This document shows, one piece after another, positions 25,774 through 39,485 of a stretch of 64,000 nt of DNA. Numbering within the stretch: the first letter of the stretch is position 1; each line of letters starts with the position of its first letter. Source of the stretch: Octopus sinensis (lineage: Eukaryota); contig NC_042999.1 of the NCBI RefSeq assembly GCF_006345805.1, positions 30,070,001 to 30,134,000 of the forward strand, in the 5' to 3' direction. Position numbers and translations under genes: made by a program. The notes under the pieces are model-generated. The model was not told the origin of the DNA. It was given only the letters and a program-made list of their open reading frames with translations, and ran no database searches.

Positions 25774-25962
25774 GGGGGCGCAATAGCACAGTGTTTAGCG
25801 AAGCGAATTCGAGGTCGTAAGAACGCGATTTCGATTACCAGACCGGGCATTGCGAGTGTTTATTGAGCAAAAACACATAAACTCCACGAGGCTGCGGCGG
25901 TGGGGTTGTGTGAACACCGCTGTAGTCTTTCACCACAACATTCTCTCACTCTTTCTTCATAC
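25774..25962 (+). mobile_element. old, truncated SINE family A
   Basis: gggggcgcaatagcacagtgtttag..gatttcgattaccagaccgggc..gtgtttattgagcaaaaacac. Confidence 0.75.
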
Positions 25963-26251
25963 TTCTACCACAAAACAGAGGAACCATTGTTTAAACCCAC
26001 TATGGTGTGGTAAATTTCCAGACCCTAGTCTAAATTGCGAATCCTCTGTGCCCCAGGATGGTTCAGCTTTCCACCCGTTAAAAGCCACCATTTAAGGAAT
26101 GAGGATAACAACGTACCTTTCGTGCCTGTGCAACTGCCAGTCTATCGCATGTGGTGGATGAATCTTCAAGTTGCCACACACATTCTAAGCAGCTTAGAGT
26201 AGGTTGGGATTAGAGATTATTACTTGTGGCTAATGGCGTGAGTCCTAATTG

Positions 26252-26477
26252 GAAGAAGAAGAAGAAGAAGAAGAAAGAAGAAGAAGAAAAAGAAGAAAAA
26301 GAAGAAGAAAACGAAGAAGAAGAAGAAGAAGGAGAAAAAGAAGGAGAAGAAGAAGAAGAAGAAGAAGAAAGAAGAAGAAGAAGCAACAGCAGCGTTAGCA
26401 GCATCAGGAGCAGCATAAGCGGTATCAGTGGTGGTAGTTGTGATGGTGATGGCGACGTTGGCAGCAGCAGCAACAGC

Positions 26478-26566
<89 letters not shown>

Positions 26567-26597
26567 AAGTAGTAGTAGTAGCAGCAACAGCAGCAGC

Positions 26598-26637
<40 letters not shown>

Positions 26638-26645
26638 CTAGTAGT
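26252..26645. repeat. (GAA)n/(AGC)n/(AGT)n compound microsatellite
   Basis: Direct reading. Confidence 0.95.
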
Positions 26646-27490
26646 AGAGGTCGTTATTTCTAAACTCATCCGTAGATCTATCTGAAAGAAATGAGACCCG
26701 AAATCTCAACCCTAACACCTCAGATCACACACCAACTTACAATGACAAATGTATGAGCAATATATGGATATGCGCAGAGTATATACTGGTTAAGACCTCA
26801 CTGAAAAACCGAGAAAGCAATCTCACTAAGCAATTGGCGACAATGTGACGAAAAAAATTTCGACAATATTGAACCCCATACAAATTGGCAAATAATCATT
26901 GATATCATGCATAATTTAAACAATGACATTCAAAAGTATAGAGTGGAAATTAACAACACGGAATAAGAAGGGGGTATTAGTTAACATACTGCAAAATCAA
27001 GTTGCTTATATGCCAGAATATGATGCTAGCCAATCACAATATAATGTACCCCCTATGAATAAGGAATCCTCCGTTCCCAACGAATATGTATAAACTACTT
27101 TTAAGAAAAAAATGCCTGATTACGCCCAAAAAGGAATCCTTGAAGAGTTTGGATGCGACTTCACTTCATTAATTCTTATGTATGCAGCACATCAACCACA
27201 GATTAGTAAAAAAAAATACAAGGTATCGAACAGAAAAAATGGGGCCCAAGATTAACATGCGGAACAAACAAGGGAGGAAAAGAACGAATAAAGAAAGGAA
27301 TTGAAACGTTTCAGAGGAAATTTATTATGTTAGATGGATTACATAAAGAGATCAGCGTTATTAGAAGGAAAGCGCAAAGAGCGAAGGAGAAGAACGACGT
27401 TAGATTCCTCACTCATAACAATATCGACTGAAGAGTTTAACCGCGGTCTATCCATAGAAATTAATTAGCGTTACCTGACACTTTTTGGAT

Positions 27491-27560
27491 CTTCTAGGCA
27501 CCAATAGCCCTCATACTCTCGATATATATGGAGAGTATGAGAGCTATTGGTGTCTAGAAG
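27491..27560. other. 70-nt hairpin with 30-bp arms and a 10-nt loop
   Basis: cttctaggcaccaatagccctcatactctc - gatatatatg - gagagtatgagagctattggtgtctagaag (one G-T pair, one mismatch). Confidence 0.9.
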
Positions 27561-27573
27561 ACACCAATAGCCC

Positions 27574-27666
<93 letters not shown>

Positions 27667-27668
<2 letters not shown>

Positions 27669-27830
27669 AGTGGCTGTGTGGTAAGTAGCTTGCTTACGAA
27701 CCACATGGTTCCGGGTTCAGTCCAACTGCGTGGCACCTTGTGTCTTCTACTATAGCCTCGGGCCGACCAAAACCTTGTGAGTGGATTTGGTAGACGGAAA
27801 CTGAAAGAAGCCCGTCGTATATATGTATAT

Positions 27831-27907
<77 letters not shown>

Positions 27908-28095
27908 TGCATATGTTTGTGTGTCTGTGTTTGTCCCCCCAACATCGCTTGACAACCGATGTCGGTGTGTTTACGTCCCCGTAACTTAGCGGTTCGGCAA
28001 AAGAGCCGATAGAATAAGTCATGGGGTCGATTTGCTCGACTAAAAGGTGGTGCTTCAGCATGGCCACAGTGAAATGACTGAAACAAGTAAAAGAG
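27667..28095 (+). mobile_element. tRNA-derived SINE, family B
   Basis: ggagtggctgtgtggtaagtagcttgc head, internal (TA)n at about 27818-27905, tail gactgaaacaagtaaaagag. Confidence 0.9.
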
Positions 28096-28118
28096 TATAT
28101 ATGTATATATATATATAC

Positions 28119-28236
<118 letters not shown>

Positions 28237-28967
28237 ATATATATATATATAATATATATATATTATATATATATCAGCTTGTCAGCTAAATAAATACTTT
28301 GTATCACTATACGTCTGCAATGCGGTCAGTCTTCCTGAACCTTCCTATGCCGTACAACATCACAGTTTATTGACATTTAAAGCGACTTTCGTAGATGATG
28401 AAATACCTCCTGAGGGAATAATTAGGCTTCACTATTAAATATTTTATATCTCTTAAAACCTGAAACCATATATATAAACAATAGCAATCAACGTCTTACT
28501 TTATACTGTGAATAGTCAAAATTAGATTTTTGTTTTACTTTTCTATTCATCCCAATAATTGAGAGCTCTAATTTATATGTTAACACGACTTTTCACACTT
28601 CATCTATACAAATTCTTTGAACTATATCTCTCTTATTTGCTGAAATTTCTTTCCCAAATACCACACACGAATACTTGGTAATAACGGTCTTTATTTGTGT
28701 TGTATACTAGAATACATTCCTATAGTTGTATATTCGTTTTCGTCTTATTAAGAAAATAGTATTCAGCAAACTATGTCATTCGTGGGCTCAGAGAAAAGCA
28801 TCATTATGTGATGCAGTTAACTTTGGGACAATCTGTATTTGATTTTAGTGAGTCCGATTTACATAATATTACAAACCTGAGGGGTTTTTACAACCTAATA
28901 AACAAAAATCATACTTATATATCAAGCCTAGTATCTCAACAAAATATTACATCCATGTGTGTGTGTT

Positions 28968-28998
<31 letters not shown>

Positions 28999-29352
28999 TA
29001 GTACATGTGCATGTTTGTGTATGTGTGTGTGTGCATGTGTGCATATGCGTTTATATGCATTTTATGTAACTTGGGATAAGTAATGGCTTCGAACATCTTC
29101 GCTATTCAAAATACAAGAATTTCATATGAACAATCGCTACTTAACGTAACTATAATATCTATCATTGCAATTGGTTGTGTTCCTTTAAATATCGACAGGT
29201 TTACTGAAAGCACTCAAGGCAATTCGCCTTCCTAATATTTCTTTTTCTTGAAAATGTCAAGCCTACACTTCTCTCCATTCCCCAAACATTTACAAAGAAC
29301 CATCTTCCTGGAACATTGCACTTGTTAACTAGCAGTAGTAGTTATATATTAC

Positions 29353-29428
<76 letters not shown>

Positions 29429-29431
<3 letters not shown>

Positions 29432-32120
29432 TAGTTTTATTTATATAGCGTGCTTTCACTTCACTACCGAGCACAGCTCTGTGTGCCTTGGGTATGTGCT
29501 GTGATTTGTTGTGATGGTCTGATGGTTATTGTATGGAAAGTGTTCTGCGTAGGATGTGTGCAGTGCCTAGTAGTGCAATTTTCTGTAAGTTATATGTGTT
29601 TGTAAGTCCTGGTGTTTTTGTTACGTATTTGTCTGAATATTTTTTTATCATGCCTAATGTACATACTATGATAGGAATTGTTTCTGTTTTCAGATTCCAC
29701 ATTCTAGTTACCTCTATTTCCAGGTCTTTGTATTTTGAGAGTTTCTCCATTTCTTTTAGAGACACGTTGTCATCAGCCGGTATTGATACATCAATTAGAA
29801 AGCATGTTTTTTGTTCATGATCTCTGACAACTATATCTGGTCTGTTGGCCTTAATTTCTCTATCTGTGTGTATCGGCATATCCAAGAGTATGGTTGCTTT
29901 CTCGTTTTCTGTGACCTTTTCTGGTGTGTGCCTATACCATCTTTTTTCTGTTGTTATTCCATAATGTTGGCATAGCTTCCAATGTATGTAGGTTCCAACT
30001 CTGTCATGTCTGTGAATATATTCCTTCTTAGCCAGGACTGGGCAGCTAGAGATAATATGATTTATTGTTTCTTGTCCATCTCCACATATTCTGCAGTTAC
30101 TTGTAATATTTCTTTTCATTACATGTTTTTGGTAATATCTGGTGGGGAGGCTTTGGTCTTGTGCTGCAATTAAAACTCCCTCTGTTTCTGCTTTGAGTCC
30201 TGAGCTTCTCAACCATTGCTGAGATTTTTCTTTGTCTATTTCTTTTGTGTTTAGTTTAGTGCAGTATTTACCATGAAGGGGCTTTTCTTGTCATCGTTTT
30301 ATCATGGCTCGTTGCTGTTCTATTTTTAGTTTGGATTTCATTTGTTTTATAGCTTTTGTTGTTTCTTCATCATCTTCTTCTTTTTCTTTGTGTTTATTAG
30401 GTGGTATGATTTCTTGTTTGTATTTGTCAGCTTCCTTAAATACTGAGAACAGTTTTTTGTTTTGCTCGTGTTTTGCTGCTATCTGGATCAGTTTTCCTTC
30501 CTTCTGAAGTAGTTATTTTTGCAGTCCTATGGTGGTTATTTTATAGTAGTTTTCCAGCTGTATAAGGCCTCTACCACCTTCTATACGTTGTATATATAGT
30601 CTTTCTATGTCAGATTTTGGGTGATGCATCCTATATCCTGTCAGTATTTTTCTTGTTTTCCTATCTATTTTGGACAGTTCATTTCGTGTCCAGTTAAGGA
30701 TATTGTAGCTGTAACTTATAACTGGGACAGCTAAAGTGTTGATACCTATTACCTTGTTTTTAGCATTGAGCTCTGTTTTTAGTATTGATCTAACTCGTCT
30801 ATAATATTCTTTTTTTATTTTCTCTTTCATTTGTGTGTGTTGTGTCTTATCTAGTTCATGGATTCCTAAGTATTTGTAAGTTTGGCTTTGGTCTAATTCT
30901 TTTATTTCATTAGTTTTATCTAGTGTGATGTTGTTACTCTTAACTAGTTTTCCTCTTTTCAGGGTTACTTTGGCGCATTTTTCTAATCCAAATTTCATAT
31001 CTATTTCTTTGGTAAATCCATGAACTGTCTTTAATAGTGTTTCCAGCTGTTTGTCATTTGCAGCGTATAGTTTTCGGACATTCATATATAAAAGGTGGCT
31101 GATCGTTTTGCCGTAACATTTATATCCGCATCCAGTTCTATTTAGCATATCATATAGAGGTGACAGTGCCAAGCAGAAAAGGAGTGGAGAGAGCGTGTCT
31201 CCCTGGAATATTCCTCTTCTAATGGGGATGTCTTTGGTTTTCATGAGTCCCTCTTTTGTTTGGAGGTGTAGGACTGTTTGCCATTTATTCATAGAGTGCT
31301 CTATGACTTTTATGATTGTAGGTGCTACTTTTATAATGGCTAGTGTTTCGAGGATCCACGTGTGGTGGATGCTATCAAACGCCTTTTTGTAGTCAATCCA
31401 AGCCATAGTGAGGCCTTTCTTCTTTCTGTGGCTGTCTTCAGTTACGGCTTTATTAATCATTAGTTGATCTTTACAGCCATATGAGCCCTTGCGGCATCCT
31501 TTCTGCTCTTCTGGGAACAGTTTGTTTTCGTCCAGGTGCTTGTTCAGCCTTTGCGATATCACTGCAGTAAATGCCTTGAACATAGTAGGGAGGCAGGTTA
31601 TTGGTCTGTAGATTTCTGGTTTTGTTGTTTCAATTGATTTGGGAATTAAGATGGTTTTCCCCTTCGTGAGCCATTCAGGCATTGTCTCTGGCTCTGCTAG
31701 TATGCTGTTAAAGTTTTCAGCCAGCTTTTTGTGCATTCCTGTTAGATATTTCAACCAGAAGTTGGGGATCTTGTCATGCCCAGGTGCCTTCCATTTGCTT
31801 AGTTTTTGCAGTGCCTGGGTGACCTCTTCAGTTGTTATGGGGGTCCAAATTTGTTCAGATGCCAAGTTTGTTATTTTGATACTCCTTTTTTTTGGCTGTT
31901 CGTTCGCCGACCATATTTCTCTCCAGAATTCTTCCAATTCTTCTGCTGTTGGTGCTGCAGTGACTTCTATTTTATTTTTTCCCAGTTCTTGGTAGAACTT
32001 TTTGGGGTTGGAGTTGAACTTTTTGTTCTGTTCAAAGAAGCGTTGGCGTTTCTCGTACCGGCGGATCCTTTGAGCTTTGGCAAGGATATCTTGCTTCAGC
32101 TTTTCTTTTATCTCCGTTTA
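29429..32120 (-). mobile_element. R4/Dong-like REL non-LTR retrotransposon, 5'-truncated (~2.7 kb), in (AAT)n
   Basis: RT ORF 30513-31937 (KAPGHDKI, YRPITCL, EQKGCRKGSYGCKDQL, WIDYKKAFDS, GIFQGDTLSPLLF, YM[NV]). After a frameshift, 29526-30212 carries a CCHC knuckle (CRICGDGQETINHIISSC) and a PD-(D/E)xK REL domain (RPDIV..LIDV..KLSKY). The 3' UTR ends aaaactactg plus (AAT)n. Confidence 0.95.
30513..31937 (-). pseudogene. reverse transcriptase ORF fragment (474 aa) of the R4/Dong-like element; catalytic YMDD mutated to YMNV
   Basis: HLLYMNVRKLYAAND versus intact MDDLKLYAAND in the neighbouring copy (33549-33857). Confidence 0.85.
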
Positions 32121-32144
32121 TTTTTATTACTATTATTATTATTA

Positions 32145-32199
<55 letters not shown>

Positions 32200-32202
<3 letters not shown>

Positions 32203-33910
32203 TAGTTTTATTTTTATACAGTGCATTCACTTGACTACCGAGCGCAGCTCTGTGTGCCTTGGGTATATGCTGTGATTTGTTGTGATGCTCTGATGGTTAT
32301 TGTATGGAAAGTGTTCTGCGTAGGATGTGTGCAGTGCCTAGTAGTGCAATTTTCTGTATGTTATATGTGTTTGTAAGTCCTGGTGTTTTTCTTATGTATT
32401 TGTCTGAATATTTTTTTATCATGCCTAATGCACCTACTATGATAGGAATTGTTTCTGTTTTCAGGTTCCACATTCTAGTTACCTCTATTTCCAGGTCTTT
32501 GTATTTTGAGAGTTTCTCCATTTCTTTTAGAGACACGTTGTCATCTGCCGGTATTGATACATCAATTAGAAAGCATTTTTTTTCTTCATGATCTCTGACA
32601 AATATATCTGGTCTGTTGGCCTTAATTCTCTATCTGTGTGTATCGGCATATCTCAGAGTATGGTTGCTTTCTCGTTTTCTGTGACCTTTTCTGGTGTGTG
32701 CCTATACCATCTTTTTTCTGTTGTTATTCCATAATGTTGGCATAGCTTCCAATGTATGTAGGTTCCAACTCTGTCATGTCTGTGAATATATTCCTTCTTA
32801 GCCAGGACTGGGCAGCTAGAGATAATATGATTTATTGTTTCTTGTCCATCTCCACATATTCTGCAGTTACTTGTAATATTTCTTTTCATTACATGTTTTT
32901 GGTAATATCTGTTGGGGAGGCTTTGGTCTTGTGCTGCAATTAAAAATCCCTCTGTTTCTACTTTGAGTCCTGAGCTTCTCAACCATTGCTGGGATTTTTC
33001 TTTGTCTATTTCTTTTGCGTTTAGTTTAGTCCAGTATTTACCATGAAGGGGCTTTTTTTGCCATCGTTTTATCATGGCTCGTTGCTGTTCTATTTTTAGT
33101 TTGGATTTCATTTGTTTTATAGCTTTTGTTGTTTCTTCATCATCTTCTTCTTCTTCTTTGTGTTTATTAGGTGGTATGATTTCTTGTTTGTATTTGTCAG
33201 CTTCCTCAAATACTGAGAACAGTTTTTTGTTTTGCTCGTGTTTTGCTGCTATCTGGATCAGTTTTCCTTCCTTCTGAAGTAGGTAATTTTGCAGTCTTAT
33301 GGTGGTTATTTTATAGTAGTTTTCCAGCTGTATAAGGCCTCTACCACCTTCTATACGTTGTATATATAGTCTTTCTATGTCAGATTTTGGGTGATGCATC
33401 CTATATCCTGTCAGTATTTTTCTTGTTTTCCTATCTATTTTGGACAGTTCATTTCGTGTCCAGTTAAGGATATTGTAGCTGTAACTTATAACTGGGACAG
33501 CTAAAGTGTTGATACCTATTACCTTGTTTTTAGCATTGAGCTCTGTTTTTAGTATTGATCTAACTCGTCTATAATATTCTTTTTTTTTATTTTCTCTTTC
33601 ATTTGTGTGTGTTGTGTCTTATCTAGTCCATGGATTCCTAAGTAATTGTAAGTTTGTCTTTGGTCTAATTCTTTTATTTCATTGGTTTTATCTAGTGTGA
33701 TGTTGTTACTCTTAACTAGTTTTCCTCTTTTCATGGTTACTTTGGCGCATTTTTCTAATCCAAATTTCATATATATTTCTTTGGTAAATCCATGAACTGT
33801 CTTTAATAGTGTTTCCAGCTGTTTGTCATTTGCAGCGTATAGTTTTAGGTCATCCATATATAAAAGGTGGCTGATCGTTTTGCCGTAACATTTATATCCG
33901 CATCCATTTC

Positions 33911-33911
<1 letters not shown>
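32200..33911 (-). mobile_element. R4/Dong-like element, second tandem 5'-truncated copy
   Basis: ORFs 33549-33857, 32653-33399 and 32297-32536 are near-identical to copy 1. Flanked by (TAT)n on both sides. Confidence 0.95.
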
Positions 33912-33979
<68 letters not shown>

Positions 33980-34479
33980 CATAGGACTGTGGTCGTGGAT
34001 ATCAAAAAGAAAGGACGCGTGTTCGTGATCAGTAAGTTTTCGTTCAATTGTTACAAATAATATTGTTGTATCTGATACTTTTTTACATTTCTGTGGCCAG
34101 GCGTACTTGGCTCTTGCTGACCTGAGCGGTTGGGGATGATTTTCTTCCTATTGCTGTGAATTTTCAATTAAAATTTTCCGTCTTTATAATTTTTCAATTT
34201 TAAAATTTGTAAAACTTGCCTCGCGGAACTGTGTCAGCTTTTCCTTTGTTTTTGATTTCACCCCTCTGTTGTCAGGAGACAACCAAAACAGTTTGAATGT
34301 TAATTGTCTCCACCCATTCTCCGCCTTAAACGGCAGAGAGCGCGACGACCAAAACCTGGCTAGCACGTACAATGTTGAGCAACAGAAGGAAAGGAAAAAA
34401 ATAAACGCGAGAACGAACAGGAAAAGAGCAAACAAATTTAGATAATGGACTCTTCTAGGGACGCAACACCTGTGAATCC

Positions 34480-35760
34480 AAGCCCTCCAACTAACACCAC
34501 TGGCACTGACAAATTGAACACTCAATAAGAAGAACCCAATGTATTAAACAGCCGACGTTTTGTAGACAATACAAACAAGCTACTATAATATACAAAACTA
34601 TGTCTTTAAAAATAGACTTTTAGAAACTTACACATGCAAACAGTTGTAAAATTCTTTTAACCCATATGGAAAGACGTAACATATCTGTCGGAGTTTAGAA
34701 GTCATAGTTTCTACAGGAGACGTAGCAAAACAATGCTCAACACCACAGCAGAAAAATAGTGAACTTGTCTAGTTCCAACATACTTGAGACGGCGCGTCAC
34801 CAAAATAAAAATGCTGAAGATACCATCAGAAATGTTCGATTGTCACAGCCGTCCTCTTCGACTTAGAAGATAAAACCAGAATAATCCAAATCGAGAAACA
34901 AGGACAAGAGCAACTGGACTGGTCAGGAATTGCAAATAATGGTCGAAATAAAGGAAGACATTTTGGAACAAATTACCGACCACCTCAGCCTTCCTGATGG
35001 CACTATACTGAACGTCAGAGTTGAGAGCAGAAGGCTAATATAGTATCGATGCAGACAGAATAACCACCTGAAAGCCTTCTGCACGCAACTAAAACTGCAT
35101 GTGGGCACTACAATATAGATAGAAGTACCACCAACACCCCAACAACAAACGCAACCTCAATAAGAGGAGAAACCCCAAGGAAAGAAAACAGAGAGGTCTC
35201 CAGCAAAAAGACCACCACCAAAAACAACAATGACTACACGAGAAACAATAACGCCATCCACAATAGAGACGCTGATAACAACCACCAACACAGTGCCTAC
35301 AATAACACCAACGATGTAGCTCTTGTCAAACTTACTAGAATAGACAAAGAAAATACAGACATGAATATGACTCACTTTGCCTCCCGCACGGATAACACAC
35401 CGGCACAACGCATACAGATGCTTCGAACATCGCATCATACAATCAGCGAAATAAAATCCAAATTTTCACAGGCGGTTGGAGGCTTTAACACTAAAGTGTT
35501 GGCGTATTTAGACAGGGCCACAATTACTGGAAAGTGAACATGTCACTCCCGGTATGCTAATCTTACAGACAACGGATTAATGTGTCTGTCCAGAATGTTT
35601 TGACGGGGACATCGTCAACAATAATTGTTGGTATCACCGAAAAAAAAGGGCCATCAAAGAAGAATCAGATAGATTTAGCAAAGTTTTAGATGTAGAAAGA
35701 AATAGAACATTGGATGATTTCGTGAGAAAGCTACAAGAGGAAATTTGTTCCAAGATTTCT
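34480..35760 (+). mobile_element. decayed L1/Tx1-like LINE (ORF1 zinc knuckle plus ORF2 start, most of APE deleted)
   Basis: LPDGTILNVRVESRRLI*YRCRQNNHLKAFC (CCHC-like), GHNYWKVNMSL (about GYWKLN.SLL), CWYHRKKRAIKEESDRFSKVLDVERN. Confidence 0.6.
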
Positions 35761-36242
35761 TCCTTTGTGGTACTATATGGAGTTTCATTTGGCATGTTGT
35801 TATGTATTAATTGCATATACTTCATTTTTCGGAGATCCTAGGCTTGTGTTGTTTAATAAAAGTGTTCTAATTGTTTCGCATTACTTTGCAAAGTTTTTCC
35901 ACGATTTCGTGGTTGTATTTTTCGTATCAATATCCTCATTGTTCTCACAATTTAATTGTTTTTCAGGTCTCACTCAAAGTCCCAAAGACTGAAAACTGTA
36001 CAAAAAATATTCTTCACGATAAAATTGTTTTAGCATTTTCTACCCTGTCTTATTTTCCTTATATATATCAACGCGTGTGGTTCTTTTGAAAGTTTTACAT
36101 ACACACACGCCCACTCACAACACACACACACATCTAGAGATAAATATAGGTATATATGTGTATACAGGGGAAGAATTCGCAAAAACGTTGGTGGAGACAG
36201 CAAGCAGATGTATTAGTATAACGCTCGGGAAGTGAAAAAAGT

Positions 36243-36278
36243 CTTTGACGTTTCGAGCCGACGCTCTTCCACAGAAAG
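36243..36278 (-). ncRNA. minimal hammerhead-like motif with an A6U core substitution, probably inactive or a variant
   Basis: cttt-CTGTGGA-a-gagc-gtcg-gctc-GAAA-C-GTC-aaag. Confidence 0.4.
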
Positions 36279-36437
36279 GAACACAGAAAGAAACAAGGAG
36301 AGAAAATAAAGAATGTGTAGTGGCGAGCGATCTATCATGGAGAATATATGTATGTATAAATGAATATATATATGTGTGCGTGTGTGTGTGTGTGTGTGCG
36401 CGTGTGTGCGTGTGTGCGCGTGCGCGTGTGTGTATAA

Positions 36438-36478
<41 letters not shown>

Positions 36479-37169
36479 AATATAGGTTGAAACACATGAC
36501 CACATACTTACACGCACGCTTCACACACACATTAGGATGCATACGTAGACACACATACGTACATGCATACATACGTGTATACACATGCACACTGACTCAC
36601 ACACATGCGCACAAACAAACAACATTGTACATATATATGAATACCCATGCATGTGTGTGCGTGTATGTATATGTGTATTCACGTGAGTGAATATGCATTT
36701 ATGTGTTTGTTAGCAGAAGCATGTTCGTTCATGTGTGTGTTAGTGTATGTATTTGAGTGTGCGTGCGCGCACATGTACAGAAGCTCACACTTGCATCAAT
36801 ATAGACATGAACGCAAATCCATATAAGCGCATCCACACATGTATCAAGCTATATATTTGCACCTACCTTAGCTTCTTATTTCCCGTCCAACAACGCGACC
36901 GATTTCCTGTTAACTCTGTAGTATTTTCCAAGAAACTGTTGTTGCATATATACAAACATCAATCCAGTGTGTGACGTTCATCGACCAATTGAAGTCCGCC
37001 TTGCGATAATAACAAGCAACTCTCATTCAAATTCAAAACGGCCGAATATAAACATCACGTTGAATATTGAGGCACCAACGTGTATGTGTAACGAATTTTT
37101 TTGGATGCGCATACACACACACATAAAAATAAAACATACACACACATATTTCTGTAAGGACATGTATAT

Positions 37170-37181
37170 ACATATATATAT

Positions 37182-37225
<44 letters not shown>

Positions 37226-37273
37226 TATATGTATATATACACAGGTACACACAAATACCTACATATACATATG

Positions 37274-37313
<40 letters not shown>

Positions 37314-37321
37314 TACATACT

Positions 37322-37363
<42 letters not shown>

Positions 37364-37391
37364 ATATAATATATATATATATATTATATAT

Positions 37392-37445
<54 letters not shown>

Positions 37446-37685
37446 TACACAGGTACACAGGTTTGAGTCTTTCGTTGTTCGAAAAAAAATTCGTTCTCTA
37501 TGTTTTACGTCTACTTTGTTTTTTGATGTCGTCCACCCATATATGCATGTATATATACCTCCACGTAGGTATATATGCATATATTTATATATTATTGATA
37601 TATGTATATGTGTATATATATATATTTGATATATATATATATAATATATATATGTATATATATATATACGTATATATATATATAC

Positions 37686-37723
<38 letters not shown>

Positions 37724-37790
37724 ATATATATATGTATACGTATATATATAATATATATATATATGGATATATGTACATGCATCTATATGT
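37170..37790. repeat. long interrupted (TA)n field
   Basis: Direct reading. Confidence 0.9.
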
Positions 37791-38547
37791 ATATACACAC
37801 AAACATAAGTGTGTATATATGTATTTTCAACGTATTTTTGTAAGGAACTAGTGGTCAGATTTTGTGATGATGCACATTTACGCAGTAACACTGTTTCATT
37901 GTCATTTTAATGTCAGATTGTGCCAGACACCTAAGTGATTGATTACTTCCAGCAATCAATTAATTAATGGTTTAATTAAAACCAATTTCGATAAAGTAAT
38001 GAATTCACATTTTGTCACAAGGGAAGTGATTTTAAGCCGATGTTATGCCGAGTACATCGGTCCAAGAAGACATTAGCTATTCATTTTAACACCACTAAAG
38101 GATGAACGTTCACTTCCGTTTCAAGACAGCCTACAACTAAAACCTGTTAGAAGTGTCGCTATAGAATTGTCCATTCTACAAAACTTTCTGCCAGCTCGCA
38201 GACTAAATTTTTAATATAATTATAAATAGTAGCTTATTTTCATTTCTTTTACTTTTTCCTTTTTTTTTTAAATTTTCGTTTTTGGTTAAATGACACGTTC
38301 AGGACATAAAACTATGGTAAAGTAGTAATGGATTTGTTGCTCCGAAGTTTGCGATATAATGTTCTTTTTTCATCCTACCCCTTTTTAAAGGGGCTGCCCT
38401 ATGATGAAATGCCATAGCTGCAAGTATCCCTTAAAACATATGCTTTCAGTACGTGGTTTTGCTGTTACTTACGTTATTGAGATGCTTCAACACAAAAGTA
38501 GAAAATCTAATTGCTTCCAATTTTTAACTAATGAGGGGGAACTTAAC

Positions 38548-39020
38548 TATGAGGGGCAACTTAAAAGAAATCGAATTTTGCAATAATGTTTCATTTACTT
38601 AACTTTATATGTTTAATTTTTATGGCCTTCAAACTATGCATCGGTCTAGATACGCTTTCCAATGTTGGAAACATGCTGGAACTCTTGCAAACTGATGCCT
38701 TTCAACGCCTCCCTCGTTTTTGCCTTCACGTCTTCCAATCTGCAAGTTCCATAACACCTCCTGTAATCACCAATGAAGACCATTATAAAACTGTCGGAAT
38801 CAAATTCTTAATGTACGAAACCCACCGAATCATGACATCTTTTGATCTTCCGTGAGCAAACTTGGAGCAAATGTTGGTGCAATACTTTATATTCGCAATT
38901 CCCCGTCCTGAACACGATGGCTGTAGCTTCAGGACACACCAGTCATAACACGTTCCTAAACTGTTCGAAGATCAGTTCATGTATATTCTTGATGTTCTCA
39001 TCTGAACTGGAGCTCGGCGG
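38548..39020 (-). mobile_element. mariner transposon remnant (TIR plus transposase C-terminus)
   Basis: TA-tgaggggcaacttaaaag TIR-like end. Minus frames EDVKAKTREALKGISLQEFQH / FQHWKAYLDRCI. Confidence 0.75.
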
Positions 39021-39074
39021 TCGCTTTGAAAGGGGTTGGTTTTCTTATATAAGAAAATACATAAATATATGTAT

Positions 39075-39203
39075 AGCAACCACATGGCACCGTGTACAGT
39101 CCCAGCGTTTGGCACCTTGGACAGGTGTCTTGTACTCTTGCCCCGGCACTACCAAAGACATGTGGGTGGATTTGGTAGATCGAAACTGAAAGAAAACCTC
39201 TCG

Positions 39204-39250
<47 letters not shown>

Positions 39251-39485
39251 GTGTGTGTGTGTATCTATATATATATATATATGTGTGTGTATATTTGTGC
39301 GCCTGTCCCCCACCATTGCTCAACAGCCTATGTTGCTGTTTTTAAGTCCCCGTAACATAGCGATGTGGCAAAGAGACCGGTACAATAAGCACTTGCAAAG
39401 AATAAGACCTGTGGTCGATTCGCTCGACTAAATGCGGTGTTCCAACAGCGTCGCAGTCAAATGATTGAAACAAGTAAAAGAATAA
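39075..39485 (+). mobile_element. older SINE family B copy
   Basis: caaccacatgg..ggatttggtagatcgaaactgaaagaa..(TG)n..gtcaaatgattgaaacaagtaaaaga. Confidence 0.8.

Noticed and set aside
26690-27470. A-rich, ORF-like stretch
   Set aside because: Many stops and no motif I can assign; possibly an old LINE ORF1 but unsupported.
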